A DNA stretch of 64,000 bases from Verrucomicrobiota bacterium (GCA_027622665.1 JAQBYT010000008.1:32001-96000); one strand, 5' to 3'; shown: positions 9,285-18,817, counted from the stretch's first letter. Numbers and translations: made by a program. The notes: a model not told the origin generated them from the letters alone.

Positions 9285-10259
9285 TTAGGCAAGGAGTTTA
9301 GCTTGTTCGACGATTGAGCGGAGAGGCTCCAGTTCCGGCCAACGAGAAAGCACAGTCTTCGCATAGCGCAAAACTCTGGGCACGTCGGCGAGGTAACTGC
9401 CCTTGCCGTCTCGCAACTTTAGGCGGTGAAAGATGCCGATGCACTTGAGGTGTCGTTGCAGGCCCGTGAAGTCGAACCAACGTAGGAAAGCTTCATCGCT
9501 CAGCTCGTCCGGCAATACGCCGGACTCAACGAGTCCCGACTTGTGGGCCAGAGCCTTGGAGGTGATCCAATCCTCGGCGTTGTCGACGTAACAGTCGCGG
9601 AGCAGTGACACCGGATCATAGGTAATCGGCCCGTGAAGAGCACCTTGGAAATCGATGACTCCGGGGTTCCCGTCCGGCAATACGAGCAGGTTGCGACAAT
9701 GAAAATCGCGGTGAACGAAAACACGTGGTTGCTCGAGGAACGTATCGACTAGGAGGGTCGTGACTTTGCCGTACTTCTCTTGTGGGCAGTCGGGCAAGCA
9801 CCATTCACGAAAAATTTCCAGTTCCATGCGAACCCAGTCCTCATCGTAATCCTTCAAGGCTTTGGCTTCTTCCCTAAGTCCAGTCTGGATTTTTAGGATT
9901 TCACCCAGAGCCAGCTCGTATAGGCTGTCTCGACCGTCACCTTCGATGGCTTCCTGATAATGGAGGTCGCCGAAATCGGAAAGGACTAGAAATCCATTAT
10001 CCAGATCTTGGGCGAGAATTTCGGGTGCGCGAACTCCTGCTTGAAGAAGTACCTCTGCAATTTTTACGAAGGGTTCGCACGGTTCCTTGTCGGGCGGGGC
10101 ATCCATGACGACATAGGAGCGCCCCTTGAGCGTCCACCGGAAGTAACGACGAAAACTGGCGTCAGCCGAGGCAATCGCCAATTCGCCACCGGCAAAATCA
10201 GGTATGCTTTCTAGCCAAGCTAGAACCTCGTCACGTCTGGAATCCACCACAACTGCCAT
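9285..10259 (-). CDS. amgK: Anomeric MurNAc/GlcNAc kinase (APH-like phosphotransferase)
   Basis: ASADASFRRYFR, MDAPP, HRDFHCRNL, IDFQGAL, QRHLKxxGIFxRL; paired with murU. Start ATG 10259. Confidence 0.85.
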   Translation of the reverse strand: MAVVVDSRRDEVLAWLESIPDFAGGELAIASADASFRRYFRWTLKGRSYVVMDAPPDKEPCEPFVKIAEVLLQAGVRAPEILAQDLDNGFLVLSDFGDLHYQEAIEGDGRDSLYELALGEILKIQTGLREEAKALKDYDEDWVRMELEIFREWCLPDCPQEKYGKVTTLLVDTFLEQPRVFVHRDFHCRNLLVLPDGNPGVIDFQGALHGPITYDPVSLLRDCYVDNAEDWITSKALAHKSGLVESGVLPDELSDEAFLRWFDFTGLQRHLKCIGIFHRLKLRDGKGSYLADVPRVLRYAKTVLSRWPELEPLRSIVEQAKLLA

Positions 10260-10277
10260 AAGCAAACCCTTGGTTTC

Positions 10278-10338
10278 CGTGAACGTGGAGCATGAGCGAT
10301 GGCGCGTTAGCGACATTGCTCACTGCGATTGGTTATGG
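10278..10338 (-). other. attC recombination site 1 (integron cassette)
   Basis: Minus strand reads CCATAAC-CAATC-GCAGTGAG-CAATGTCGCTAACGCGCCATCG-CTCATGC-TCCAC-GTTCACG. This gives R'' (overlapping the stop codon), 5-bp spacers, an 8-bp L'' with one extra base versus the 7-bp L', a central hairpin and R' GTT. Confidence 0.85.
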
Positions 10339-10785
10339 CTTGAGGGTTGAGTATGTAAAATCATGTAAGCCATCTCTAAGTGATTCCGAAAAATAGCATA
10401 TTCTTTCGTAATAGGGTAGTTCGAAATACCCTTGTTTAAAATACTCAAAATCTTTCGATGCGTAAGTCTGGTTCAAGAGTGCAATCTCAGCTTTTGTCTC
10501 TTCCGTGATCTCCACCAAGTCTTGGATTCCCTCAGCTTCGCATTGAGATATCGCTTCAACCAAATTGTGACCAATTTTTCTTAATTCTTTCAGGTTTTTT
10601 CCTTTTGCTCGTAGGTAAGATTTCAATAAGAGCTCGATCGAGTGCGATACCAAATAATAAGCAGTCGTTGGGGCATGATGATCTAAGAGATGATCCGGCT
10701 TCCTTGGATCTTTTATTTTCTCTCCTGCATCGAGGAAGTCTCGCCCATATCTCCATAGGCCAAATGGTTTTACTCTTTCTTCCAT
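10333..10785 (-). CDS. HEPN-like domain protein, integron cassette ORF
   Basis: SHSIELLLKSYL and GHNL motifs resemble HEPN helices. AT-richer than flanks. ATG lies within R' of attC2 and TAA within R'' of attC1. Confidence 0.7.
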   Translation of the reverse strand: MEERVKPFGLWRYGRDFLDAGEKIKDPRKPDHLLDHHAPTTAYYLVSHSIELLLKSYLRAKGKNLKELRKIGHNLVEAISQCEAEGIQDLVEITEETKAEIALLNQTYASKDFEYFKQGYFELPYYERICYFSESLRDGLHDFTYSTLKP

Positions 10786-10837
10786 AACGTCGAGGTAGAT
10801 CACGGCGATAGCCGTTGATCTCACCGCCTTGTTCGAT
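10782..10837 (-). other. attC recombination site 2 (integron cassette)
   Basis: Minus strand reads ATCGAAC-AAGGC-GGTGAGAT-CAACGGC-TATC-GCCGTG-ATCTACC-TCGAC-GTTATGG. Canonical R''/L''/L'/R' spacing with two unpaired bases. Confidence 0.9.
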
Positions 10838-10840
10838 TCT

Positions 10841-11080
10841 TTATTTTTTAATTAGCGCAACAATCGAAACGCATAACGCCAAAACTGACAAACTAATCGT
10901 AATCCATGAACGTATCTCCTGCCATTTATTCTTTCTTCTCTCTATTTCGTATTTTCCAACGAAAACATCGAGACACTCCGAACGCTTACCTGCAATCCAC
11001 TCAAGCAGAAATCCGTCGCTCATACTTTGAACTTCACGAAGCGACTTCTCGCCCTCTGACTGTTGATGATTTGGATTCAT
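10841..11080 (-). CDS. Small hypothetical protein (79 aa) with C-terminal TM helix, integron cassette ORF
   Basis: ATG preceded by GAGA, stop just before attC2, hydrophobic tail WITISLSVLALCVSIVALIKK, AT-rich. Confidence 0.65.
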   Translation of the reverse strand: MNPNHQQSEGEKSLREVQSMSDGFLLEWIAGKRSECLDVFVGKYEIERRKNKWQEIRSWITISLSVLALCVSIVALIKK

Positions 11081-11211
11081 TGTTATCTCGTGTTAGTAGG
11101 TTACAGTCTGTATGGGGAGGACCAATCGATGATCTTTCGGAAATCGGCTTATTAATTGCGGTTGAAATGCCTAGATTGATACTTGCTATAAAAAATTCCT
11201 TATCGAACAAG

Positions 11212-11234
11212 GGCGTTCGTCAACGAAGAACGCC
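11212..11234 (-). terminator. Stem-loop downstream of DUF3500 gene, possible weak terminator
   Basis: GGCGTTC-N9-GAACGCC perfect 7-bp stem 13 bp after the stop. Only CTTGTT follows on the minus strand, so the U-tract is poor. Confidence 0.35.
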
Positions 11235-11247
11235 AAAAAGTAAGGTT

Positions 11248-12222
11248 TTAGGCCTCGATATTCGCCCAAACGTGAACATGGGGCTTGCCCCTGAAATACC
11301 ATACCATCTTGGGGCCTTCGACTTGCCATACGTCCCAGACGCCATCATCGCCGATATCCTCCTTCTTGTAGTAGGAGAGGTGGAGCTTGTTGAGGTCGTT
11401 GGCCTCGATGAGCTTCATGGCCTCGTCAGCGTCTTTCTTGCGGAAGGGTGCGAGGAGGTCTCCAAGTACCTTGCCCAAGAGCCCCTTCTGGTCTGCGGAA
11501 AGCTCGGAGGCCGGCAACCCCTCCAATCCTTCGGTAGAACCCTTGGTCTGGATTGTCTTGTTGCCGCGTTCCCCACGGCTGCGTTTATCGAGAAGGGCGA
11601 CCTTGCGTTGCTTGCCGTCGAGGGCTTGGTAGAGCTCGTTGGCCCGCTTAGCCTGGAACCAGTAGGCGTTGCCGGGATGATCGGCAGCTTCGTTAAATCC
11701 TTTGGCTGAGTGACCGTAGAAGATCGGGCCTCCGAAGGCGGCGCCTTCCACGGAGTCGCCGTCGCAGCGCCGGGTGCAGTGGCGACCAGTGTAGACGAAC
11801 TCGAACTTGCCCGAACCCGGCTTCCCGAAAAGGGCTATGGAACCTTTGCCGAAGCCACCGTCATGCTCCACTTGGTCATAAACCTTATCTGCGTAGTGGG
11901 GGCTGTGAAGCTTGAGGAAGATTTCCCGAACCATGGCCTGCTGATCCTTGGTGAACTGGCTGACGCGGGTCTTGTTGATGTGCCAATTGTTGTCCACCTT
12001 GGAGCGGAGTTCGTGATCAAAGGGAAGGCAGATGGCCTCGCGTTGCTCATCGGTCAGGCTTTTGTGGAGGGTGGCGACGAGGGTTTCGGACTGTGGTCCC
12101 TTTAATACATCTGTCTTCGCGAAGGCAGTCTTGGAATCAAGCAGGAGAGAGCCTGTAGAGGCGAGGGCGGCGGCACCCACAAATTTGCGACGGGAGAGGG
12201 AGAAAGTTTTTTTGTCTATCAT
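11248..12222 (-). CDS. DUF3500 domain protein, Tat-exported
   Basis: SRRKFV twin-arginine signal; GRHCT, GPIFYG, and C-terminal FRGKPHVHVW. Confidence 0.75.
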   Translation of the reverse strand: MIDKKTFSLSRRKFVGAAALASTGSLLLDSKTAFAKTDVLKGPQSETLVATLHKSLTDEQREAICLPFDHELRSKVDNNWHINKTRVSQFTKDQQAMVREIFLKLHSPHYADKVYDQVEHDGGFGKGSIALFGKPGSGKFEFVYTGRHCTRRCDGDSVEGAAFGGPIFYGHSAKGFNEAADHPGNAYWFQAKRANELYQALDGKQRKVALLDKRSRGERGNKTIQTKGSTEGLEGLPASELSADQKGLLGKVLGDLLAPFRKKDADEAMKLIEANDLNKLHLSYYKKEDIGDDGVWDVWQVEGPKMVWYFRGKPHVHVWANIEA

Positions 12223-12255
12223 GATGGTGGCGGATTTGGCGTTTAGGTTTTCAGT

Positions 12256-13707
12256 TCAGGCAAGAATATCATGTACTACTTTGGCTCCTTCAACGCCAGT
12301 AAGGCGTTGATCGAGACCGAGGTAGCGATAAGTGAAGCGTTCGTGATCGATGCCAAGGCAATGCAGCACGGTGGCGTTGAGGTCGTTTACGTGAACCGGG
12401 TTTTCCAGAATGTTGTATGCAAAGTCGTCGGTTTTGCCGTATTCGAGCCCTGCCTTGATGCCGCCACCTGCCATCCACATGCTGAATGCCCGTCCGTGGT
12501 GATCTCGCCCGTGGTTGTCCTTGGTAAGTTTCCCTTGTGAATAAATCGTGCGGCCGAATTCGCCTCCGCAAACAACTAGGGTGTCTTCCAATAGACCGCG
12601 TTGCTTGAGGTCGAGTACTAATGCGGCGGCAGGTTGGTCTATATCCTCGCACTGTTGGCGAATCTTGGAGGGGAGGGCCCCGTGTTGGTCCCAACCCCGA
12701 TGGAACAACTGGACGTAGGGAACGCCACGTTCGGCTAGGCGACGAGCTACTATGCAATTGTGGGCGAAACTTCCTTTTTTGCGGGCATCCTTGCCATAAA
12801 GATCAAGCACATGGGCGGGTTCGTCCTTCATATCCACGAGTTCGGGTACGCTGGATTGCATGCGAAATGCCATCTCATACTGCGCTATGCGGGCGTCGAT
12901 CTCCGGATCGCCGGTTTCCTGCTTCTTGGCTTGGTTGATCTTGGCGATGCCGTCTAGCATCGAGCGGCGTACGTCGCGAGTGACGCCGGGAGGGTTCGAC
13001 AGGTAGAGGACAGGATCGCCCGCGCTGCGAAACTTAACGCCTTGGTGTTTGGACGGAAGGAAACCACTGCCCCATAAGCGGTCGTAAAGGGCTTGGGATT
13101 GACCGCGTCCCTTGGAAATCATTACGACGTAACCCGGCAAATTATGATTCGGGCTGCCCATACCCCAACTGAGCCATGCCCCAAGAGAGGGTTTTCCGGG
13201 TTGTTGGACGCCGGTATTGATGGCGGTGATGGCGGGATCGTGGTTTATGGCCTCGGTGTGGACGGACTTAATGAGAGTGATCTCATCAGCGATGCCTCCG
13301 ATTTTCGGAACGATTTCGCTGAACCAGCTCCCATTTTGCCCATGGCGAGAAAACTTGAACATCGGAGCCACGCAAGGAAATGATTTCTGCCCCGAGGTCA
13401 TTCCCGTGATGCGCTGACCTTGGCGAATTGAGTCAGGCAGTTCGATACCGTGGATATCTCGCATTGCGGGGTGGTAGTCGTACATATCGATGTGCGACGG
13501 ACCGCCGGAGAAGAATAAATAAATTACCCGCTTTGCTTTAGGACGAAAATGAATGCCTCCAAGCGTGCCTCCAAGGCCATCGGCAGTAATTCCTGCCGTA
13601 AGCGCAGGATTAAGAAGATTTGCTGCGCCAAGGGCTCCAAGCCCTCGGGCACCTAGGTTGAGAAGCTTTCGGCGAGTGAGAGCCGGATTGATATCGTAGG
13701 AATTCAT
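12256..13707 (-). CDS. DUF1501 domain protein (sulfatase-like fold), Tat-exported
   Basis: TRRKLL signal; [46 protein letters not shown]. Confidence 0.92.
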   Translation of the reverse strand: MNSYDINPALTRRKLLNLGARGLGALGAANLLNPALTAGITADGLGGTLGGIHFRPKAKRVIYLFFSGGPSHIDMYDYHPAMRDIHGIELPDSIRQGQRITGMTSGQKSFPCVAPMFKFSRHGQNGSWFSEIVPKIGGIADEITLIKSVHTEAINHDPAITAINTGVQQPGKPSLGAWLSWGMGSPNHNLPGYVVMISKGRGQSQALYDRLWGSGFLPSKHQGVKFRSAGDPVLYLSNPPGVTRDVRRSMLDGIAKINQAKKQETGDPEIDARIAQYEMAFRMQSSVPELVDMKDEPAHVLDLYGKDARKKGSFAHNCIVARRLAERGVPYVQLFHRGWDQHGALPSKIRQQCEDIDQPAAALVLDLKQRGLLEDTLVVCGGEFGRTIYSQGKLTKDNHGRDHHGRAFSMWMAGGGIKAGLEYGKTDDFAYNILENPVHVNDLNATVLHCLGIDHERFTYRYLGLDQRLTGVEGAKVVHDILA

Positions 13708-13729
13708 GGCGATACTATTAGTGAAAGCA

Positions 13730-16700
13730 TTATTCTCGATTGAGAGTTTCGTCGAGATTCAGAATCATGGAGGCAAGCAGGGTCCAAGTGGCATGTTCCA
13801 CCGGATCTATCGATGCGTCCGGCTTTGAATCTCCCACCGCAATAAGTTGTTTGGCTCTTTCGGGTTCCTTTTTGAAAAGGGCCAGTTGCTCCTCGTAAGT
13901 CGATTTCAGAACATTGCGACGCAGATCATCAGACGGTCTTGAGGTGGCCAGTTCAAAGGCGTAGTCGAGGCGATCCTGGAAGTCGGTTCGACCACTCTTC
14001 AGGATGCGCTCGGCGAATACGCGTGAAGCTTCTACGAACTGCTCGTCGTTTAGGGTTATCAGGGCCTGCATCGGCGTATTCGTTCGCTGGCGTTTTAGGA
14101 CGCATTTCTCACGACTGGGGGTATCGAAAGCCATCAGAGCCGGTTGCGGGGATGAGCGCTTCCAGTATGTGTACATGCTCCGGCGGTAAAGCTTTTCCGC
14201 CTTGTCGGCGACGAACCTGCGACCTCCGCTCAAGGATACCTCAACCCAGAGTCCCGGGGGTTGATAGGGTTTTACGCCGGGACCACCGAACTGTTTGTTC
14301 AAGAGACCGCTTATGGATAGAGCGTTGTCGCGCACAAATTCCCCCATAAGGCGAAACCTGGGAGCTCGAGCCAAGAACTGGTTTAAGGGATCCAACTCCT
14401 TGTGCTTGGAAGAGGTGGTCGATGACTGTCGATAAGTGGCCGACATAACCATCTGCTTGATCGCTCGCTTGACGTTCCATCCATTGTCTCGGAGGTCGGC
14501 GGCGAGCCAATCGAGTAAGTCGGGGTGAGTCGGCCGGTTTCCTTGGGAACCAAAGTCACTCGGAGTATCTACCAGTCCTTGGGAGAAAATGGTTTGCCAG
14601 TGACGATTTGCGGTAACCCTAGCGGTGAGTGGGTGGGCAGGATCCATCAGCCATTTGGCCATGCCTAGGCGGTTCTTGGGCAAACCCTTTGACATTTCAG
14701 GTAAAAAGACAGGGGTTCCGGGCTCGATTTCCTTGTCTTTTTTTGGGGAACTGTACTGGCCTCGCATGAGGAGATAAGTAGCCCGCCGTTTTGCATTGTC
14801 GCCCATCACCATGGAGGTAATTTTCGTCTTTTTCAGCCCGGCCAGTTGGGTGTCGAGCTTACGGCGTTGGTCGACGAGGCCTTTGTAAGGTTTGTCCAAG
14901 GAATTGAGGTAGTGCTCGAAGAGGGTTTTGGTTTGGGCCGGCGTGCGATCTGCGGAGGCAATTCCAAGAAGGGGACCGATAGGGTCTGACCCGGAAAGAG
15001 TTTTCACTTCGGCATCGGTCAACTCTCGATCATAGAAGCGAACATCGTCGATTTCCAGGCCATTGGCCTGCGCGGAATTGAAACGGCGACCTAGCCGCAA
15101 GGGCTTGTCGGTTACGATAGAGGCGTTCAATCCATCCGCTTCAACGGTATGGTCTAGCTTTTCCCCGTTGAGGTAAACACTTGTTCCGCCGGCTGAACCG
15201 GAACCGTTGTAGGTTACGAAAATATGCTGCCACTTCTTAGCTGCAATTTTCTTTTTCCCGACGACTTTTACCGCATTGTCTTGCCATTTGTTAATGATGT
15301 GAGCTCCCGGGGCGCCTCCCTGTAGCCAAAGATCATATCCGCGAAAGTCTTTGCCTTCATCCATCTTGCCCAAGATGCATCCGTTCTGGTTGTCGTTTGG
15401 AGCCTTCACCCAGCAACCGTAACTGAACGGTCGGTTCCATTCGAAGTCGCCGAATCCTTTTACTTCCACGAAACCGTTTCCCTCGATCTTCAGCCCGCCA
15501 CCGAACTTGCCTGAGGGAATCGCTTTTGCCTTCCCTTGCAATCGGTTTTCACCTTTTTCGCGGACAAGGTCGCGAGTCAGATTCTTTTCGAAGGAGTCAA
15601 GGGGGAGATGAGCGACAAGTCCGCCCGGCTCGATTGGCTTCTTCTCCCCTTTATCGACGACTTCGAGGAATTGTTCCTCGGTCCATTGCTCGAAGGGCGC
15701 TTTGGCGCCTTTCTTTCGGGAATCCAGCTTTATTGCTAGTTCTTTGTGCTGTTTCTCTATCTCCGCTTTCTTTTTTTGCTCATCTTGCGACACGACTTCT
15801 ACGACAGGAGCTTGGTTGCCTCCACGAGTCTGCATCCCCGGATCGGCGTTGTTGTTGTAAAAGGCGTAGAATTGGTAGTACTCCTCTTGGGAAATAGGAT
15901 CGTACTTGTGTGAATGACATTGAGCGCATTCGAGGGTGAGCCCCATCCAGACGTTTCCCGTAGTTTTAACGCGGTCCACTACATATTCCACCCGATACTC
16001 CTCGGCTATGGCTCCGCCCTCATCGGTGGTCGCATGGTTGCGGTTAAAGCCGGAAGCTATCTTTTGATTCAGGGTAGCTTCGGGGAGTAAGTCACCTGCC
16101 AGTTGCTCGATGGTGAATTGGTCGAAAGGCATGTTGTCCCTGTAGGCATTTAGAACCCAGTCTCGCCAAGGCCACATGCTTCGAGGGCCATCATCATGAA
16201 AGACGGAAGTGTCGCCATAGCGAGCTGCATCCATCCAGACCAGAGTCATTCGCTCGGCGTATTCCTCGGAAGCGAGCAAGCGGTCTACAAGCTTTTCGTA
16301 AGCCTTTTCGGACTTATCGTTCAGATACGCCTGTACTTCTTCAAGAGTGGGAGGAAGCCCTGTGAGGTCAAAGCTAAGACGTCGAATAAGAGTTCTTCCA
16401 TCTGGCTCAGGGGATGGATGCATTCCTTTCGCTTCAAGCTTGGCCAAAATAAACCGGTCTATGGGGTTGCTCGACCAACTGTCATTTGTCACTGCGGGCA
16501 ATCCAGGCTTTCCAAGGGAAACGAAGGACCAATGCCCCTCCCATTCGGCTCCCTGCTCGATCCACTTCTTCAGGATGGCGATCTCGTCTGCGGACAATTC
16601 TTTCTTACTTTCGGGAGGTGGCATCACTTCGTCTGCATCGCCGGTGTTTACTCGATGCCAAAGCTCGCTCGCCTTTAGGTCGCCTGCCACAATGGCCCGC

Positions 16701-16948
16701 ACTCCATCGCGTTCGGCGAAGGGTGATTCCTGCTCGTCGAACCGAAGTTTCGCCTTTCTCGATTCCTCCTCCGGTCCGTGGCATTGGTAGCATTTACTCG
16801 AGAGGATGGGCTGAACGTCGCGATTAAATTTCACGACTTCCGGAACATTTGCCGATAATCCCAAACTGAGCAGCGAGATGACGAAAAACTGGACCGGCAA
16901 GGGTTTCACTCTCAAAGGGTAACCTGTCTTGATTTGGAAAATGCTCAT
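13730..16948 (-). CDS. PSD1/planctomycete cytochrome c domain protein (PSCyt1 + DUF1549 + LamG-like insert + DUF1553)
   Basis: [47 protein letters not shown], LamG-like [10 protein letters not shown]...[20 protein letters not shown]. Start may be GTG 16909. Confidence 0.92.
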   Translation of the reverse strand: MSIFQIKTGYPLRVKPLPVQFFVISLLSLGLSANVPEVVKFNRDVQPILSSKCYQCHGPEEESRKAKLRFDEQESPFAERDGVRAIVAGDLKASELWHRVNTGDADEVMPPPESKKELSADEIAILKKWIEQGAEWEGHWSFVSLGKPGLPAVTNDSWSSNPIDRFILAKLEAKGMHPSPEPDGRTLIRRLSFDLTGLPPTLEEVQAYLNDKSEKAYEKLVDRLLASEEYAERMTLVWMDAARYGDTSVFHDDGPRSMWPWRDWVLNAYRDNMPFDQFTIEQLAGDLLPEATLNQKIASGFNRNHATTDEGGAIAEEYRVEYVVDRVKTTGNVWMGLTLECAQCHSHKYDPISQEEYYQFYAFYNNNADPGMQTRGGNQAPVVEVVSQDEQKKKAEIEKQHKELAIKLDSRKKGAKAPFEQWTEEQFLEVVDKGEKKPIEPGGLVAHLPLDSFEKNLTRDLVREKGENRLQGKAKAIPSGKFGGGLKIEGNGFVEVKGFGDFEWNRPFSYGCWVKAPNDNQNGCILGKMDEGKDFRGYDLWLQGGAPGAHIINKWQDNAVKVVGKKKIAAKKWQHIFVTYNGSGSAGGTSVYLNGEKLDHTVEADGLNASIVTDKPLRLGRRFNSAQANGLEIDDVRFYDRELTDAEVKTLSGSDPIGPLLGIASADRTPAQTKTLFEHYLNSLDKPYKGLVDQRRKLDTQLAGLKKTKITSMVMGDNAKRRATYLLMRGQYSSPKKDKEIEPGTPVFLPEMSKGLPKNRLGMAKWLMDPAHPLTARVTANRHWQTIFSQGLVDTPSDFGSQGNRPTHPDLLDWLAADLRDNGWNVKRAIKQMVMSATYRQSSTTSSKHKELDPLNQFLARAPRFRLMGEFVRDNALSISGLLNKQFGGPGVKPYQPPGLWVEVSLSGGRRFVADKAEKLYRRSMYTYWKRSSPQPALMAFDTPSREKCVLKRQRTNTPMQALITLNDEQFVEASRVFAERILKSGRTDFQDRLDYAFELATSRPSDDLRRNVLKSTYEEQLALFKKEPERAKQLIAVGDSKPDASIDPVEHATWTLLASMILNLDETLNRE

Positions 16949-17073
16949 TCTTTAATTTCGTGAAGTGTCTTCCAGCTATCAAACTCGATCTTTATTTGTA
17001 GCGCAAGCTGTTTGCGGGTTTCGTCTGAGGTTTTTTTTAGAACGAAGGGCTTGAACGAGTTGGCCTCATTCAT

Positions 17074-17592
17074 TTATTCGGAAGTATCCGAAAAAAGGTC
17101 GAAAGACCAGTCTTCCGGAGTGCCGATGACGTGTTGATCCGCCAGACTTGCCTTCAGTTCCTTGAAGCTCTTACGAAGGACAGGATGAAGGATTTCCGGT
17201 GCAAGGTCACACAAGGGGAGCAGTACGAAATCGCGTTCGGCAATACCCGGGTGTGGCAGGATCAGTTCCTCGGAGTCGATTACGTGATCCCCGTGCACGA
17301 GCAGGTCGAGATCTATTATCCGAGGACCATTTTCCCGGATCACCTTCTTTCCAAGCGCTTGTTCCACTGTTCGCAGTTCGCGGAGCAAGGCCAAGGCTTC
17401 GAGATCGGTCTTCAGCTTGGCGACTGCGTTCACGAAATCCGGTTGATCCGGAAAACCAAAAGGCGCCGAGCGATAAAGACGAGAACCGGCGACCACTTCA
17501 GCGAAACTTGAAATCAACCCCAGGGCTTCCTCGAAAGTTTTCCGAGGATTTCCGAGGTTCGCCCCGAGACCAACGTAGGTTTCAGAGCTCAA
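17074..17592 (-). CDS. folK: 2-amino-4-hydroxy-6-hydroxymethyldihydropteridine diphosphokinase
   Basis: YVGLGANLG, QPDFVNAV, GPRIIDLDLL, LPHP, RDFVLLPL. TTG start at 17592 (alternative 17610). Confidence 0.93.
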   Translation of the reverse strand: MSSETYVGLGANLGNPRKTFEEALGLISSFAEVVAGSRLYRSAPFGFPDQPDFVNAVAKLKTDLEALALLRELRTVEQALGKKVIRENGPRIIDLDLLVHGDHVIDSEELILPHPGIAERDFVLLPLCDLAPEILHPVLRKSFKELKASLADQHVIGTPEDWSFDLFSDTSE

Positions 17593-17932
17593 CCTGTACC
17601 CGAATTTCACGCAGTCCCAATTTGCCGGTGTAACGGGGCTTGTCCACGCAGAGGCTTATCTTGCTTACGGGAAACGCATCCTTCAAGCTTTCGGCGAGCA
17701 CTTGAGCGAATCGCTCCAGCATCTTCCCATCGTAAGCAGCGGCAAACTTCTTTACGAAAGCAATCACTTCGCGATAGTCGATGCCGTCCGACAATTCGTC
17801 GGTTTTACGTACCATCTCGAAATCGTACTCAAGGTCGACCGTGACGAAGAGGTGCTGTGGGGCGAGTAACTCCTCCTCCAACAGGCCAATCCGCGCCATG
17901 ACCTCGATGCCTTCCAAATGAATGCTGCCCAT
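17582..17932 (-). CDS. folB: Dihydroneopterin aldolase
   Basis: IGxxxEE, IDY, LE and KP motifs; 116 aa; lies between folP and folK. Confidence 0.88.
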   Translation of the reverse strand: MGSIHLEGIEVMARIGLLEEELLAPQHLFVTVDLEYDFEMVRKTDELSDGIDYREVIAFVKKFAAAYDGKMLERFAQVLAESLKDAFPVSKISLCVDKPRYTGKLGLREIRVQVEL

Positions 17933-17998
17933 ATCTTGTAGCTAAAAGACTAATCGAAGAAGGGGAAGGCAAAAGGTGTTCCTACCGCAATGCTCAAC

Positions 17999-18817
17999 TC
18001 AACTCAACTGCTCCATGACCTCCAATGCCTGCACGGTTTCGCGGACGTCGTGGGCTCTTATGATTTCGGCGCCTTGACGAGCAGCTTCTATGGCGGCGGC
18101 GAGGGAACCGCCCAAGCGATGCTCGGGGCTGGGTGCGCCGCAGAGCTTGTCGATCCATGACTTTCGGGACGCTCCGAGAAGGATGCCCCAGCGATCGTCG
18201 CGGAGGTTGCCGAGGTTGTGCATGAGGGCGAGGTTGTGCTCGAGGGTCTTTCCAAAGCCGATTCCGGGATCCATCCAGATCCTGGGTAGGTTTCTTTCGG
18301 CGAGACCTTTCGCTTGCTCGTCGAAGAAGGATAGAACCTCGCTCACCACGTCGTCGTAGGCGGGAGCGTCCTGCATGGTCTTGGGGAAACCTTGGGCGTG
18401 CATCAGGACAAATCCTGCTTGGTGGCGTTCAGCGAGGTCGAAGAGGGTGGAGTCGGTTCCACCCGAGACGTCGTTGACGACATGGGCTCCCGCCTCGAGG
18501 GCAGCTTGGGCGACATCCGGTTTAGTGGTGTCTATGGAGATGACGCACTCGTCCGAGGGCAGAGCTTCGATCACGGGCAGGACGCGGCGAAGTTCCTCGT
18601 CAACGGATACCGGATCACTGCCGGGTCGGGTGCTCTCACCGCCGACGTCGATGAACTGGGCGCCTTCCTCAAGCATTTGCCGGACTCGATCGACTGCCTT
18701 GGCAACCTCTAGGTGCAGACCACCGTCACTAAAGGAATCCGGCGTCACGTTCAGGATTCCCATGACGGCGGGGTAGCGAAGGCGGAAGGCTTGGCCGTTG
18801 AAATTATGTTCGGTCAT
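17999..18817 (-). CDS. folP: Dihydropteroate synthase
   Basis: MGILNVTPDSFSDGG, DVGGESTRPG, DPGIGFGK, SRKS, RAHDV. Confidence 0.97.
   Translation of the reverse strand: MTEHNFNGQAFRLRYPAVMGILNVTPDSFSDGGLHLEVAKAVDRVRQMLEEGAQFIDVGGESTRPGSDPVSVDEELRRVLPVIEALPSDECVISIDTTKPDVAQAALEAGAHVVNDVSGGTDSTLFDLAERHQAGFVLMHAQGFPKTMQDAPAYDDVVSEVLSFFDEQAKGLAERNLPRIWMDPGIGFGKTLEHNLALMHNLGNLRDDRWGILLGASRKSWIDKLCGAPSPEHRLGGSLAAAIEAARQGAEIIRAHDVRETVQALEVMEQLS

Larger units (their letters stand above)
10284..11207 (-). mobile_element. Two-cassette integron-type array without integrase in the window (CALIN-like / secondary-site insertion)
   Basis: Cassette A spans 11207-10788, starting TTCGAT (complementary to its R'' ATCGAAC). 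Cassette B spans 10787-10284, starting TTATGG (complementary to its R'' CCATAAC). Both are AT-richer than the flanks. Confidence 0.85.

Noticed and set aside
10260..10316. Upstream extension of the amgK ORF (start 10316)
   Set aside because: The extension runs through attC1; ATG 10259 is the plausible start.
11212..11247. Hairpin at the left cassette boundary as a third attC
   Set aside because: There is no AAC-ending R'' at 5-bp spacing and no L''/L' extra-base pattern. It fits a simple stem-loop next to a secondary site better.
10906..11709. 267-aa + strand ORF
   Set aside because: It is antisense to the DUF3500 gene and the cassette ORF, crosses the insertion junction and has no recognisable motifs.
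12256..13707. DUF1501 protein as a formylglycine-dependent sulfatase
   Set aside because: It has no C/S-x-P-x-R signature.
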